DNA of 64,000 nucleotides from Phormidesmis sp. (lineage in GTDB: Bacteria > Cyanobacteriota > Cyanobacteriia > Leptolyngbyales > Leptolyngbyaceae), in assembly GCA_965248535.1 (NCBI GenBank), contig CBDFJR010000002.1, positions 192,001 to 256,000 on the forward strand, read 5' to 3'. Below are positions 10,797-21,768 of this stretch, piece after piece. Every line of letters begins with the position of its first letter. The first letter of the stretch is position 1. The notes under the pieces are model-generated. The model was not told the DNA's origin. It searched no databases and was given only the letters and a program-made list of their open reading frames with translations. The position numbers were made by a program, and so were the translations under genes.

Positions 10797-12094
10797 ATGA
10801 CGCTTAACAATGAGTCAGACACCTCAATTGCTCTCGACAGCCGACTAGAGCGCGGCCACGAGAGTTCTCACGCTGAAGGACAATCTAGCTTCTCATCCAC
10901 GGCAGAAAATTCTAACCCGTTTGGCGGCAACTCCAGTCTATATTTAAGTCAAAACTCCAGCCTTAAGGGTTTGCCTGGAGAAGATTCAAGGAGTGGTGAT
11001 ATTGTGCCAGGTAGCGTAGCAAAGATTAAAGTCATCGGTGTGGGCGGGGGTGGCGGCAATGCGGTCAACCGCATGATTGCCAGCGATGTGTCTGGAGTTG
11101 AGTTTTGGACGGTCAACACCGATGCTCAGGCGTTGGCGCAGGCGCAGGCTCCCAAACGGTTGCAGGTGGGTCAAAAATTGACGCGAGGGCTGGGGGCTGG
11201 GGGCAACCCGGCGATCGGGCAAAAAGCCGCCGAAGAATCTCGTGATGAAATTGCGACAGCACTTGAACATTCAGATCTAGTCTTTATCACCGCAGGCATG
11301 GGCGGCGGCACGGGCACGGGCGCGGCCCCGATCGTGGCCGAGGTTGCCAAAGAATTAGGGGCCCTAACGGTGGGGGTGGTGACTCGCCCTTCACGTTTGA
11401 AGGTCGGCGACGCACGACGCAGGCTGAAGAAGGCATTGCTGCGCTTCAGAGCCGAGTCGATACGCTGATTATCATTCCCAATGACAAACTGCTGACGGTG
11501 ATTTCTGAGCAAACGCCCGTCCAGGAGGCGTTTCAGACGGCAGACGATATCTTGCGTCAGGGAGTGCAGGGCATCTCTGACATCATCACGATTCCAGGGT
11601 TGGTCAACGTAGACTTTGCTGACGTGAGAGCGATTATGGCGGATGCTGGCTCGGCGCTGATGGGCATTGGCATTGGGTCGGGCAAGTCGAGAGCGAGGGA
11701 GGCGGCGATCGCGGCCATCTCTTCGCCGCTCTTAGAAGCCTCGATCAACGGAGCTAGAGGCGTGGTTTTCAACATCACGGGGGGCACCGATCTGACGCTC
11801 CATGAAGTCAATGCGGCGGCAGAAATCATCTATGAAGTCGTTGACCCGAACGCCAATATCATTTTTGGAGCGGTGATTGACGAACGACTGCAAGGCGAAG
11901 TGCGGATTACAGTCATTGCGACCGGGTTTTCTCCTGAAGCTCAACCCCAGCAGGCTCTTGGAAAACCGACTGCGCTGCCAAAACGGGTGACGGCTCCTGC
12001 GCCTTCGACTCCGACGGTGACTCCTGATCCTAAAAGCAAGCCGCCCGGTTTAGACATTCCTGAATTTTTGCAGAGACGCAGACCGCCGAGATAA
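10797..12094 (+). CDS. ftsZ: Cell division protein FtsZ with a single-base frameshift near 11387-11391
   Basis: [17 protein letters not shown] and GMGGGTGTG in one frame; [10 protein letters not shown] and [10 protein letters not shown] in the next; restoring one base gives [12 protein letters not shown]. Confidence 0.95.
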
Positions 12095-12121
12095 AGAGCG
12101 TGAATTCCAGTCTTATCGGCT

Positions 12122-13348
12122 TTAGGTCAAAAGCACTTGCAAAGGGTCTCCGGCTTTGATTTGGCTCTGCCCGATCGGGATCACGCCCAAACTATTCGTC
12201 CCAGCCAGGTTAATTAAATTGCCAGAGCTATTGCTGCCTGGGGCGATCGTAAACTCACAGGAGCCGTTGACCCACTGCGATCGTCCCCAAAGATAAGCTT
12301 CTCGCTTGCCGTCCGATCGCAGGTCTTGCTGGGCGATCGCGGGGATGAAGCTCGGCTCCCACCCGTGGGGCAAGCCAGAAAGTTTTTTGAGCGCAGGTTG
12401 CACAAATCGCCAAAACGTCACGAGGGCCGAAACAGGATTGCCTGGCAGTCCAAAGTAGAGCGTTTTAGGAAAAGTGGCTACTGTTAAAGGCTTTCCGGGT
12501 CTGATGGCGACTGAGCGGATGTGAATCTGTGCGCCGAGTTCTGCCAAGATGCGATCGACATAATCATAGTCGCCCACCGAAACTCCCCCCGTTGAAAGCA
12601 CAACATCGGCGATCGCTGCCGCTTCGGCAATGGCCCGCTTCAACGCTTCCGGCTGATCGCCCACAATGCCTAACGGAATTGCCTCGCCGCCCATTTGCTC
12701 GACTAGGGCAGCCAGGGCATATTGGTTAGAGTCCACAATTTGTCCGGGTTGCAGGGGTTGGTTGAGGGTAACTAATTCGCTGCCCGTAGACAAAATTGCT
12801 ACACGAGGACGACGATAAACTCGCACCATACTGCACTGAGCAGCAGCCAGCACGGCAATTTCGGGCGCTTTGAGTACCTCTCCGGCGGACAGCAACGGCG
12901 ACCCTGCTTGATAAAAGGCTCCGCGATGTCTCACAAAGGCTTGGGCTGAAGCTGGAGGACGGAGAATCCAAACCCGTCCGGCTTCTCGTTTGGTCTCTTC
13001 TTGAATGACGATCGTGTCTGCCCCCTCTGGCATCACCGACCCGGTGAGAATTCGGGCGGCTTGCTGAGACTGCACCGATCGCTGGGGCTGATATCCCGCC
13101 GGAATTTCTTCTACAATGTCTAGCGCGATCGGCTGATCAGGGCTAGCAGCTTTGACATCCTCAAACCGGACGGCATAGCCATCCATGGCCGAATTGTCCC
13201 AGTGGGGAAAGTCTAGCTGACTGGTGACTGAGACGGCGAGGATGCGATCGCGGGCAGCGCGCAAATCTACGTCTTCTGCGTCCCGTTCTGCATCCAACGG
13301 TTGGACTAAGTTGAGAATGAGTTCTTCTGCTAGCTTTGGTGGCATCAT
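12122..13348 (-). CDS. moeA: Molybdopterin molybdenumtransferase MoeA
   Basis: DNSAMDGYA, STGSEL, TGGVSVGDYD and GLPGNPVS motifs. Confidence 0.95.
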   Translation of the reverse strand: MMPPKLAEELILNLVQPLDAERDAEDVDLRAARDRILAVSVTSQLDFPHWDNSAMDGYAVRFEDVKAASPDQPIALDIVEEIPAGYQPQRSVQSQQAARILTGSVMPEGADTIVIQEETKREAGRVWILRPPASAQAFVRHRGAFYQAGSPLLSAGEVLKAPEIAVLAAAQCSMVRVYRRPRVAILSTGSELVTLNQPLQPGQIVDSNQYALAALVEQMGGEAIPLGIVGDQPEALKRAIAEAAAIADVVLSTGGVSVGDYDYVDRILAELGAQIHIRSVAIRPGKPLTVATFPKTLYFGLPGNPVSALVTFWRFVQPALKKLSGLPHGWEPSFIPAIAQQDLRSDGKREAYLWGRSQWVNGSCEFTIAPGSNSSGNLINLAGTNSLGVIPIGQSQIKAGDPLQVLLT

Positions 13349-13474
13349 CGGTTTTTCACCCGCTTTTTTAGATCGCTTTAACGAGAGACTCAACTAGCTT
13401 TTTGCACAAGTTCGCCTTCCTATGAAATAATAGATGTTTGTGTCCAAATCCAGTGTCTTCAGAATTAACCGACC

Positions 13475-13669
13475 ATGGCTAAGAACAAGGGCGTTAGAAT
13501 CGTGATTACGCTAGAGTGCACCGAGTGTCGCACCAACCCTGACAAGCGATCGCCCGGTGTCTCACGTTACACCACCACCAAAAACCGTCGCAACACCACC
13601 GCACGGCTAGAACTGTCTAAGTTCTGTCCTCACTGCAACAAGCATACCGACCACAAAGAAATCAAGTAA
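13475..13669 (+). CDS. rpmG: 50S ribosomal protein L33 (Cys-containing zinc-binding type)
   Basis: ITLECTEC...[10 protein letters not shown]...[14 protein letters not shown]. Confidence 0.97.
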   Translation: MAKNKGVRIVITLECTECRTNPDKRSPGVSRYTTTKNRRNTTARLELSKFCPHCNKHTDHKEIK

Positions 13670-13741
13670 CGAGCCAATCGTTGACTTGTTCTATCGGCTG
13701 TCAGCAATAAGCTGGTAACTTCTTGCCCGTAGTCTCTCAGC

Positions 13742-13769
13742 CTGACTACTGACCACTGACCACTCACCA
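13742..13769 (+). repeat. Heptamer tandem repeat (STRR-like), 4 copies
   Basis: CTGACTA CTGACCA CTGACCA CTCACCA. Confidence 0.7.
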
Positions 13770-13779
13770 AGGAATCACC

Positions 13780-13995
13780 ATGAGCTATTACCGTCGTCGC
13801 GTCTCGCCTCTCAAACCTGAAGAACCGATCGATTATAAAGATGTCGATTTGCTGCGCAAGTTTATCACCGAGCGGGGCAAAATTCTTCCCCGTCGGATCA
13901 CCGGGCTAACCGCCAAACAACAGCGGCATCTGACCGTTTCTATCAAGCGCGCTCGGATCATGGCGCTGTTGCCCTTCATCAGTCAAGAAGGTTAG
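13780..13995 (+). CDS. rpsR: 30S ribosomal protein S18
   Basis: [26 protein letters not shown]. Confidence 0.98.
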   Translation: MSYYRRRVSPLKPEEPIDYKDVDLLRKFITERGKILPRRITGLTAKQQRHLTVSIKRARIMALLPFISQEG

Positions 13996-14102
13996 TCTGC
14001 GGGGTGTTAAGGTGCAGCGTGTGAGCGCGTTTTGCTAGATGCCAAGCACCCCTCCCCGGCTCTAGTTTGCTGTCCTTAACACCCTTAATTGCGCTGACCT
14101 CA

Positions 14103-16124
14103 ATGGAGAAGGGAACCCTCGTTGAATTTCGCCTCAATAGCGATCGCCGTCTGGCCGTTGCCGAACGTCCTGAAGGCAAAAAACACTGGATTGTGAGCGA
14201 CGATCGCGGGCAAGCCCACACCCTTCATCCTCGCCAAGTCACCTACGAAGTTGCTGACGAAACCTATAAGCCTGCCGATATTCCCAAATTTTTGCAGGAG
14301 ATTCAGCCCTATCTTGATCCGTCAAGTTTAGAAGTTGCTTGGGAGATTCTCAGTGAAACGGGGGAGAGCACCGACCCGATCGAGATGGCGATGCTGCTGT
14401 TTTCAGACAAAACTGCGCCATTGTGTTATGCAGCTTACTGCTTGCTTTCCGACGATAAGCTTTACTTTAAACAAAAGGGCGATCGCTACGAACCTCGACC
14501 CGCAAACCAAGTTGCCGAACTCAAGCATCAGATTGAGATAGAAGCGCAGCGACAGCGAGAATGGCAGAGCTATTTAGAGCGCGTTCAGCAAGCCCTTAAG
14601 GGCGAACCCGTTGAATGGCAGTCTGGCGATCGCCCCCGCCTTGAAGCCATTGAGCGATTTGCAATCCTGGGAGACGAAGCCACCCATCGCACCCCTGCCC
14701 TTGAAACTCTAAGCGCTCTCAAACGGCAAGAACTGCCTCAAGTCGCCTTTCAGCTTCTCGTTGATCTGGGGTTGTGGAGTCCTCACGAAAATCTGTTTCT
14801 GCGGCGCAGCCAGATCGCTACTCACTTTTCTACCAAGGTTCTGGAAGTGTTGCACCACCGCCTGGAGTTTCCGCCCGCTGACTCAAATGCCGATCGCTTA
14901 GATTTGACTCACCTAAAGGTTTATACGATCGATGATGAAAGCACCCGTGAAATTGATGACGGCTTAAGTCTAGAAATCTTGCCCGACGGTCAGCAGCGCC
15001 TCTGGATTCACATTGCCGACCCGACTCGCTGGCTCACCCCCGGCGATGATTTAGACCTAGAAGCCCGCCGTCGCACCACCACGCTTTATCTGCCCACGGG
15101 CATGATTCCCATGTTTCCGTCGGAGTTGGCAACGGGGCCAATGAGCTTAAACCAGGGCGAGGTCTGCTGTGCTCTCAGCTTTGGGGTTGTTTTAGACGAG
15201 TCGGGCGGCGTGCAAGATTTTAGCATTCACACCAGCCTGATCAAAGCCACCTACCGTCTCACCTACGACGATGTAGACGAGATGCTGCAATGGGGTGTGC
15301 AGGCAGAGTCTGAGTTAGAGACGATCGCTCGCTGGGCAAAACGCCGAGAGCAGTGGCGGCAGTCTCAGGGCGCAATCAGCATTCATATGCCCGAATCGTC
15401 GATCAAAGTCAATGGCGATGGCGAAGTCACGATCTACGTTTTAGAAGATTCTGTCTCTCGGCAACTCGTGGCTGAGATGATGATCTTAGCTGGGGAAGTT
15501 GCGGCCCGCTATGGTCAAAAACATGGGTTGCCCGTGCCGTTTCGCGCCCAGCCCCAGCCTGAGTTGCCCCCTGAAGGTGAGCTTTTACAACTTCCGGCTG
15601 GCCCGGTGCGCTCCTGTGCCATTCGGCGCTGTATGCCGCGCAGCGAGTTGAGCATCACGCCTGCCCGTCACGCCAGTCTAGGGCTAGACACCTACACTCA
15701 GGTCACCTCCCCGATTCGACGCTACAGCGATTTGCTGACCCATTTTCAGATCAAAGCTCATCTGCGGGGGGCCGCGCTGCCGTTTTCACCCGACGAAGTG
15801 AAAGACTTGATGCTGACGATCGCCAGCACCGTTCAAGAAGCCTCGCTAGTCGAGCGCCAAACCAATCGCTATTGGAGCCTAGAATTTCTGCGCCGCAACT
15901 CATCTGAGGTCTGGCCGTCATTGATGCTGCGCTGGCTGCGAGAACACGAAAACCTGGGGCTGGTGCTGCTCGAAGACCTAGGTCTAGAAATCGCCATGCG
16001 GTTTAATCGCTCGATCGAGCCGGGCGATCGCCTCAACCTCAAAGTCAGCCACGTTGACCCCAAACAAGACGTGATCCAGTTTCAAGAAGTCGCTTATCAA
16101 GAGGCTCCTCAAGCGGTTAGCTGA
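14103..16124 (+). CDS. rnb: Ribonuclease II/R (RNB domain) family exoribonuclease
   Basis: TIDDESTREIDDGLS and TSPIRRYSDL motifs. Confidence 0.92.
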   Translation: MEKGTLVEFRLNSDRRLAVAERPEGKKHWIVSDDRGQAHTLHPRQVTYEVADETYKPADIPKFLQEIQPYLDPSSLEVAWEILSETGESTDPIEMAMLLFSDKTAPLCYAAYCLLSDDKLYFKQKGDRYEPRPANQVAELKHQIEIEAQRQREWQSYLERVQQALKGEPVEWQSGDRPRLEAIERFAILGDEATHRTPALETLSALKRQELPQVAFQLLVDLGLWSPHENLFLRRSQIATHFSTKVLEVLHHRLEFPPADSNADRLDLTHLKVYTIDDESTREIDDGLSLEILPDGQQRLWIHIADPTRWLTPGDDLDLEARRRTTTLYLPTGMIPMFPSELATGPMSLNQGEVCCALSFGVVLDESGGVQDFSIHTSLIKATYRLTYDDVDEMLQWGVQAESELETIARWAKRREQWRQSQGAISIHMPESSIKVNGDGEVTIYVLEDSVSRQLVAEMMILAGEVAARYGQKHGLPVPFRAQPQPELPPEGELLQLPAGPVRSCAIRRCMPRSELSITPARHASLGLDTYTQVTSPIRRYSDLLTHFQIKAHLRGAALPFSPDEVKDLMLTIASTVQEASLVERQTNRYWSLEFLRRNSSEVWPSLMLRWLREHENLGLVLLEDLGLEIAMRFNRSIEPGDRLNLKVSHVDPKQDVIQFQEVAYQEAPQAVS

Positions 16125-16222
16125 CGGGGTAAAGAAAAGCTATTCTGAAATAGGTCTCTTATAACTTCCCGTTATGGGAATGCCATCTGATAGAATTTTG
16201 AAGGTTTTTATAACATTAGCCA

Positions 16223-17239
16223 ATGGGATCGACGCGGGTAAGAATTGCAATTGATGCGATGGGGGGAGACAATGCCCCTGCTGAAATCGTGGCAGGCGCG
16301 CTCAGAGCACAAGAAGAACTGGGCGTAGACGTGCTGCTGGTGGGCGATCCTCAGCAAATCGAAGCCTCGTTAAAGCAGCACACCCAATCCTCATCGCTAG
16401 AAATCGTCGCTTCAGAGGGCACGATCGAGATGTCTGAAGAACCCCTCACCGCTCTGCGCCGCAAGCCCAAAGCCTCGATCAACGTGGCGATGGATTTGGT
16501 TAAGAAAAAGCGGGCTGATGCCGTGGTGTCGGCGGGTCACTCTGGGGCCGCGATGGCGGCGGCTTTGCTGCGTCTGGGAAGACTGCCCGGAATTGACCGC
16601 CCGGCGATCGGGGCCGTTCTCCCAACCCTAATCGCAGGCAAACCTGTCTTGATTCTCGACGTGGGGGCCAATGTAGACTGTCGCCCTAAGTTTCTAGAGC
16701 AGTTCGCTCTGATGGGCAGCATCTATGCTCAATATGTGCTGGGAGTCGCCGAACCGAAAGTTGGCTTGTTAAACATTGGCGAAGAACCTAATAAGGGCAA
16801 CGAGCTAGCCATCCAAACCCACCAACTGCTACAGGAAAACCCCAACATTCCCTTTATTGGCAACGCCGAGGGGCGAGATGTTTTATCGGGTCACTTTGAT
16901 GTCATCGTCTGTGACGGCTTTGCGGGCAACGTGTTGCTCAAGTTTGCCGAAGCCGTTGGCGAAGTCGCCCTGCAAATTTTGCGGCAAGAGTTGCCCCGTG
17001 GACTGCACGGCAAGTTAGGCGTTTCGGTGCTGCGGCCAAATCTGAAGCGGATCAAGCAGAGGATGGATCACGCCGAACATGGGGGCGGTCTGCTGTTGGG
17101 TGTTGCCGGAATCTGCATCATCAGCCACGGCAGTTCTCAAGCGCCGACTATTTTTAATGCGGCCCGGTTGGCCAAAGAGGCGATCGATAATGAAGTGCTC
17201 GATCGCATTGCCGTGACGAGCCGCTTGGCAGAGAGCTAA
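16223..17239 (+). CDS. plsX: Phosphate acyltransferase PlsX
   Basis: IAIDAMGGD, LDVGAN, VCDGFAGNV. Confidence 0.97.
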   Translation: MGSTRVRIAIDAMGGDNAPAEIVAGALRAQEELGVDVLLVGDPQQIEASLKQHTQSSSLEIVASEGTIEMSEEPLTALRRKPKASINVAMDLVKKKRADAVVSAGHSGAAMAAALLRLGRLPGIDRPAIGAVLPTLIAGKPVLILDVGANVDCRPKFLEQFALMGSIYAQYVLGVAEPKVGLLNIGEEPNKGNELAIQTHQLLQENPNIPFIGNAEGRDVLSGHFDVIVCDGFAGNVLLKFAEAVGEVALQILRQELPRGLHGKLGVSVLRPNLKRIKQRMDHAEHGGGLLLGVAGICIISHGSSQAPTIFNAARLAKEAIDNEVLDRIAVTSRLAES

Positions 17240-17270
17240 TCCAAAATCCTGTAAGGATGGAGAAAAAATC

Positions 17271-18266
17271 TTGAAACAGTCAGGGGTAGGGATTGCAATC
17301 ACGGGCAGTGGCTCATCGGCTCCGACCGTCTCCCTCAACAATGCTGAGTTGAGTCAAGTGGTCGAAACGTCGGATGAGTGGATCGCTTCTCGCACAGGCA
17401 TTCGTGAGCGGCGATTAGCAGAGCCGGGGTGCTCACTCACAAAGCTGGGCGTTGAGGCGGCAAGGGGGGCGATCGCCATGGCTGGCATTGCTGCAACAGA
17501 TCTTGATCTAATCATTTTGGCCACCTCGACCGCCGATGATCTGTTTGGCAGCGCCAATCAAATTCAAGCGCAACTGGGCGCTTCTAAAGCGGTTGCCTTT
17601 GACCTGACCGCCGCCTGTTCGGGGTTTGTGTTTGGCATGGTGACCGCAGCGCAGTTTATGCGGATGGGGGTCTATCAAAATGTGCTGCTGATCGGGGCCG
17701 ATGTGCTGTCGCGCTGGGTCGATTGGTCAGATCGCCGCACCTGTGTGCTGTTTGGTGACGGAGCCGGAGCCGTGGTCATGCAGGCAAGTGAGCACGATCG
17801 GCTCCTAGGGTTTGAGCTTCGCAGCGATGGCACTCAAAATGATTGTCTCAATTTGTCTTATCAGTCAGAGCCAAAAGAGCTGCTGACGGGCGTGACGATC
17901 AATCAGGGCACGTTTCAACCGATCACGATGAACGGTCAAGAAGTCTATCGCTTTGCGGTCAAGAAGGTGCCTGAAGTGATTGAGAAAGCGCTCTTTCGGG
18001 CGCATCTGAGTGTTGAAGATATTGACTGGCTCTTGCTGCATCAGGCCAATCAGCGCATTCTCGACTCAGTGGCCGATCGCCTCAAAATTCCTCCCGAAAA
18101 AGTGATCAGCAATCTGGCAAAATACGGCAATACGTCCGCTGCGTCGATTCCTCTCGCCTTAGATGAAGCCGTTCGCCAAGGCAAGATTAAACCGGGCGAT
18201 ACGATCGTCACCTCTGGTTTTGGAGCGGGCTTAACGTGGGGCGCAGCCGTCTTTCAGTGGGGATAA
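17271..18266 (+). CDS. fabH: Beta-ketoacyl-ACP synthase III
   Basis: AACSGF, HQAN and GNTSAAS catalytic motifs; TTG start. Confidence 0.97.
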   Translation: MKQSGVGIAITGSGSSAPTVSLNNAELSQVVETSDEWIASRTGIRERRLAEPGCSLTKLGVEAARGAIAMAGIAATDLDLIILATSTADDLFGSANQIQAQLGASKAVAFDLTAACSGFVFGMVTAAQFMRMGVYQNVLLIGADVLSRWVDWSDRRTCVLFGDGAGAVVMQASEHDRLLGFELRSDGTQNDCLNLSYQSEPKELLTGVTINQGTFQPITMNGQEVYRFAVKKVPEVIEKALFRAHLSVEDIDWLLLHQANQRILDSVADRLKIPPEKVISNLAKYGNTSAASIPLALDEAVRQGKIKPGDTIVTSGFGAGLTWGAAVFQWG

Positions 18267-18273
18267 CAAGATT

Positions 18274-19152
18274 ATGACAATAGCGTGGGTGTTTCCGGGG
18301 CAGGGTTCGCAAGCGATCGGCATGGGCATGGATTTGCTGGAGTTGCCCGACGCAAGGGCGAAGTTTGAGCAAGCCGAGCAGCTATTGGGCTGGTCAGTGA
18401 TTGAGGTGTGTCAAAATCCAGACGACAAAGTTTCCCATACGCTATACACGCAGCCTTGCTTGTATGTGGTCGAGAGCATTCTGTCTGATCTGCTCAAGGC
18501 AAGGGGGCAGCACCCCAATTATGTCGCAGGTCACAGTCTGGGAGAATACACGGCCCTTTACACGTCAGGGGTGTTCAGCTTTGAAGATGGGCTGCGGCTA
18601 ATCAAGCGTCGGGCCGAGTTGATGGACAGCGCCTCAGATGGGGTGATGGCGGCGCTCTTGGGCTTTGATCGGGCCCAGCTTGAAACGGCGATCGGGCAAA
18701 CTCCCGATGTCGTCTTAGCCAACGACAATAATGCAGGTCAGGTGGTCATTTCTGGTACGTCAGAGGCGGTTGAAGTGATTCTCAATCAGGTTAAATCGAA
18801 GCGCGCCGTGCGGCTGAATGTCAGTGGCGCTTTTCACTCACCGCTGATGGCAGAAGCCGCCGCCCAGTTCCAAACCGTTTTGGAGGCGGTTTCGTTTGAG
18901 CCTGGTCAGATTCCCGTTCTTTCCAATGTTGATCCCGTTCCCAGCATTGATCCGGTGGTGCTTAAAGATCGCCTCAATCGTCAGATGACGGGGACGGTGC
19001 GCTGGCGTGAGATCTCGCTGCAATTGGCTCAAGAAGGGGTCGATCGCGTGGTCGAAGTTGGCCCCGGCAAAGTTTTAACGGGAATCATCAAGCGCACTTG
19101 CCCTGATTGGGTGCTCAACACGATCGGTAGCCTGGCCGAGCTTTCTTTATGA
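18274..19152 (+). CDS. fabD: Malonyl-CoA:ACP transacylase
   Basis: FPGQGSQ, GHSLGE, SGAFHS. Confidence 0.97.
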   Translation: MTIAWVFPGQGSQAIGMGMDLLELPDARAKFEQAEQLLGWSVIEVCQNPDDKVSHTLYTQPCLYVVESILSDLLKARGQHPNYVAGHSLGEYTALYTSGVFSFEDGLRLIKRRAELMDSASDGVMAALLGFDRAQLETAIGQTPDVVLANDNNAGQVVISGTSEAVEVILNQVKSKRAVRLNVSGAFHSPLMAEAAAQFQTVLEAVSFEPGQIPVLSNVDPVPSIDPVVLKDRLNRQMTGTVRWREISLQLAQEGVDRVVEVGPGKVLTGIIKRTCPDWVLNTIGSLAELSL

Positions 19153-19811
19153 GCCGCGCTATTTTGTTAGAGACCACCCCCGATCGTGAGCCGTTTATCA
19201 GTCTCTTGCTCTATCGTCTGTTTAAGTGGTCGATCGTCAGCCCCGTGCTGCATACCTACTTTAGAGGACGCATCTATGGAGCCGAAAACGTGCCCCAAAA
19301 GGGACGCTTACTCGTCGTCAGCAACCACGCCAGCGATTTTGATCCGCTGCTGTTGTCGTGCTGTGTAAACCGCCCGGTTGCCTATATGGCCAAAGAAGAA
19401 CTGTTTCAGGTTCCCGTTCTCAAACAGGCGATTCAAGCTTATGGAGCCTACCCCGTAAAGCGGGGATCGGCAGATCGGAGTGCGATGAAAGCGGCGATCG
19501 CTTCCATTGAGTCCGGTTGGGCAACGGGCGTATTTCTGGATGGCACTCGCACCCTTGACGGACGCATTGCCGACCCGAAACTGGGCGCAGCTTGGATTGC
19601 CGCCAAAACTCAATCGCCCCTGCTCCCCGTTAGCCTCTGGGGAACCCATACTATCTTCCGCAAAGGCTCCGCCATTCCCCGTCCGGCTCCGGTGACGGTG
19701 AGAATTGGAGAACTCATTCTGCCCCCGACTTCTAGCGATCGCGCAGAGCTTGAGGCGATCACTCAATGCTGTGCCCTAGAAATCAACACGCTCCATGACT
19801 TGGGTCGATAG
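19149..19811 (+). CDS. plsC: 1-acyl-sn-glycerol-3-phosphate acyltransferase
   Basis: NHASDFD (HX4D) and FLDGTR motifs; lies in the fab operon. Confidence 0.9.
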   Translation: MSRAILLETTPDREPFISLLLYRLFKWSIVSPVLHTYFRGRIYGAENVPQKGRLLVVSNHASDFDPLLLSCCVNRPVAYMAKEELFQVPVLKQAIQAYGAYPVKRGSADRSAMKAAIASIESGWATGVFLDGTRTLDGRIADPKLGAAWIAAKTQSPLLPVSLWGTHTIFRKGSAIPRPAPVTVRIGELILPPTSSDRAELEAITQCCALEINTLHDLGR

Positions 19812-19864
19812 GCGCAAAGTTGACCGTCTAGAATAAAATTCTGTCGCTCATCACGATTCCTAAA

Positions 19865-20164
19865 ATGTCAGATTTAAAATCAGAACTCACCGCCTCTTTA
19901 GACGAAGCCGAATGGAGTTGGCTGATTCCTCACGTCAAGCGTGATGCCGTGGTTGTGGTGGCTCCTGAACTCAATTTAGTTGAGGTTGGGCTAGCGATCG
20001 TCAATGACCAATCGACCTCAGTCCAGCACTGGATCGCGGAAGGTCTTATTTATAAGCCATCTGACCAACAAAAATCTGACTGGAACGCCGACCCAACTCA
20101 GAGATTTAATGCCTTGATTGTGCAACCCTATGTGCTGGTGCAACCGATCGCCGCTTTGACGTGA
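19865..20164 (+). CDS. DUF2288-family protein
   Basis: AEWSWLIPH...LIVQPYVLVQ pattern. Confidence 0.75.
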   Translation: MSDLKSELTASLDEAEWSWLIPHVKRDAVVVVAPELNLVEVGLAIVNDQSTSVQHWIAEGLIYKPSDQQKSDWNADPTQRFNALIVQPYVLVQPIAALT

Positions 20165-20208
20165 GATTGGGCATCATAATGCCTGCAAGAATCGCTGCTC
20201 TCTGGGGG

Positions 20209-20844
20209 CTAGGGAACCTCAGGCAATCGACTCCAGCTTGCCCCGGTGTGCCCCGTCGTCACCCAGAGAACTGCTCTAGCCCCATCTCTAAGCGCCTTTG
20301 ACAGAGGTTCTTCAGACTGCTCTGAGGGCACCGAGATAGGTTTGAGATGAATGCCTCGGCTGCCCAGCACGATTTCGCCAATGATTTGCGCCCGCCGCAT
20401 ATGGTAGTCAGAAGTCACCAAATAAACGCTCTGCACACCCTGCTGTTTCAACTCGTCAACCAGGGTTGTAAAATTGGTCACCGTGTCAACCGCTTGATAG
20501 TCTAAGTTGAGCCGATGCAAATCAACCCCCGCATCTGAAAAAACCTGCTCTGTATAGTTTCTGGGGCTACCCGAAGAGATCCAGATCGGCAAACCGGGGT
20601 GCTGACGAGCAAACTCAGCCGTAAACTTCTCGCGCTCTAAAGCCACGGTCGAGCCGCCCAAGACAAGAATCGCTTGAGGCTGCTCAAAATAAATACGAAT
20701 GGCTCGAAAGCCAAACCACACCACTAAAGGCACTATAAACAGCATCCAGGGAAATCGATTTCCCTTCGATCGAGTTCCCTTTGAGCGGTGAAGCTGATGA
20801 TTGTGAGACGCTCCTCTCGATCGCATGATGACACCCGAATTCAA
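20209..20844 (-). CDS. YdcF/DUF218-family membrane protein
   Basis: ILVLGG, DTVTNF, LVTSDYHMRRA. Confidence 0.85.
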   Translation of the reverse strand: MNSGVIMRSRGASHNHQLHRSKGTRSKGNRFPWMLFIVPLVVWFGFRAIRIYFEQPQAILVLGGSTVALEREKFTAEFARQHPGLPIWISSGSPRNYTEQVFSDAGVDLHRLNLDYQAVDTVTNFTTLVDELKQQGVQSVYLVTSDYHMRRAQIIGEIVLGSRGIHLKPISVPSEQSEEPLSKALRDGARAVLWVTTGHTGASWSRLPEVP

Positions 20845-20880
20845 CCACTGATTCGATAAAACTTACTGAGTTAAACCTGC

Positions 20881-21768
20881 CTATTGCTCAGGGCGCTGCG
20901 GCTTGGCTTGAGGAGTTGATTGGGCTTGCGCGATCGTCGCTTGAATCCTCGGCACAGACAGAAACTTTTGAGTTGCCGCTAATAGCTTCTCACCCCACAG
21001 ATTATCTTTGAGAAACTTCAGGTCACTATAGCGACTATCTAATCGAATAGCGGCTTCGCCTAAGACTAAACCCTGCTCACGATCGCCCTTATTATAAAGG
21101 GCAACGGCCACCGCTAATTTAGGTTCTGCCGCTTTAGGATCGATCGTCACTGAGGTGCGCCACAGCCGAATCGCTTCGTCAACATCTCCCTGCTCATATT
21201 TGACTAGCGCCACATTATTAATCGCGGGCCAATAGTCTTTGTCTTGAGCATAGGCTTTTTCATAGCTGGCGATCGCGTCTCCATTTTGCTTGAGCATCAG
21301 GTAGGCGTTGCCGAGATCAAACAGCGCTCCGGGCACGTTTGGCTTTAGCTTTAGCCCAGCTTGAATGTAGTCGATCGACTGCTGATAGCTCGCTTTCTGA
21401 AAGTGCGCCGTCCCCAAAGCAAACAAAATAGCCGCATTGCGGGGATCAAGAGTCTGTGCTTGTTTGAGCGCATTAATGCCTGGATCAATCTGATTGGCTT
21501 GAAGATATAAACTCCCTAAAACTGCCCAAGCTTCAGGAATTTTTGGCGCTAATTGAGTCGCCAACCGCGCCCGCGACAGTGCTAACTCAAACTGTTGAAA
21601 CTGAGCCAGTTGCGTTGCTTCCTGCACTAAGCCAATGCCCTGTTGCTCTAACTTTGCGGTGTCAAGTTGCAGCATGTGGGGCACCAACGCTTGTCCAAAA
21701 GCGGGATGAGCAGCAGTCCACACGCTCAAAATAGTCAGGGCAGAAAGAAAAGAAATACGTTTGGGCAC
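20881..21768 (-). CDS. Exported tetratricopeptide-repeat protein
   Basis: Signal peptide plus several TPR-like repeats. Confidence 0.88.
   Translation of the reverse strand: MPKRISFLSALTILSVWTAAHPAFGQALVPHMLQLDTAKLEQQGIGLVQEATQLAQFQQFELALSRARLATQLAPKIPEAWAVLGSLYLQANQIDPGINALKQAQTLDPRNAAILFALGTAHFQKASYQQSIDYIQAGLKLKPNVPGALFDLGNAYLMLKQNGDAIASYEKAYAQDKDYWPAINNVALVKYEQGDVDEAIRLWRTSVTIDPKAAEPKLAVAVALYNKGDREQGLVLGEAAIRLDSRYSDLKFLKDNLWGEKLLAATQKFLSVPRIQATIAQAQSTPQAKPQRPEQ

Noticed and set aside
16116..16128. Minus-strand CCCGTCAGCTAAC resembling the 3' conserved tract of c-di-AMP (ydaO) riboswitches
   Set aside because: It overlaps the rnb stop codon on the opposite strand, the other conserved elements are absent, and no co-oriented gene follows.
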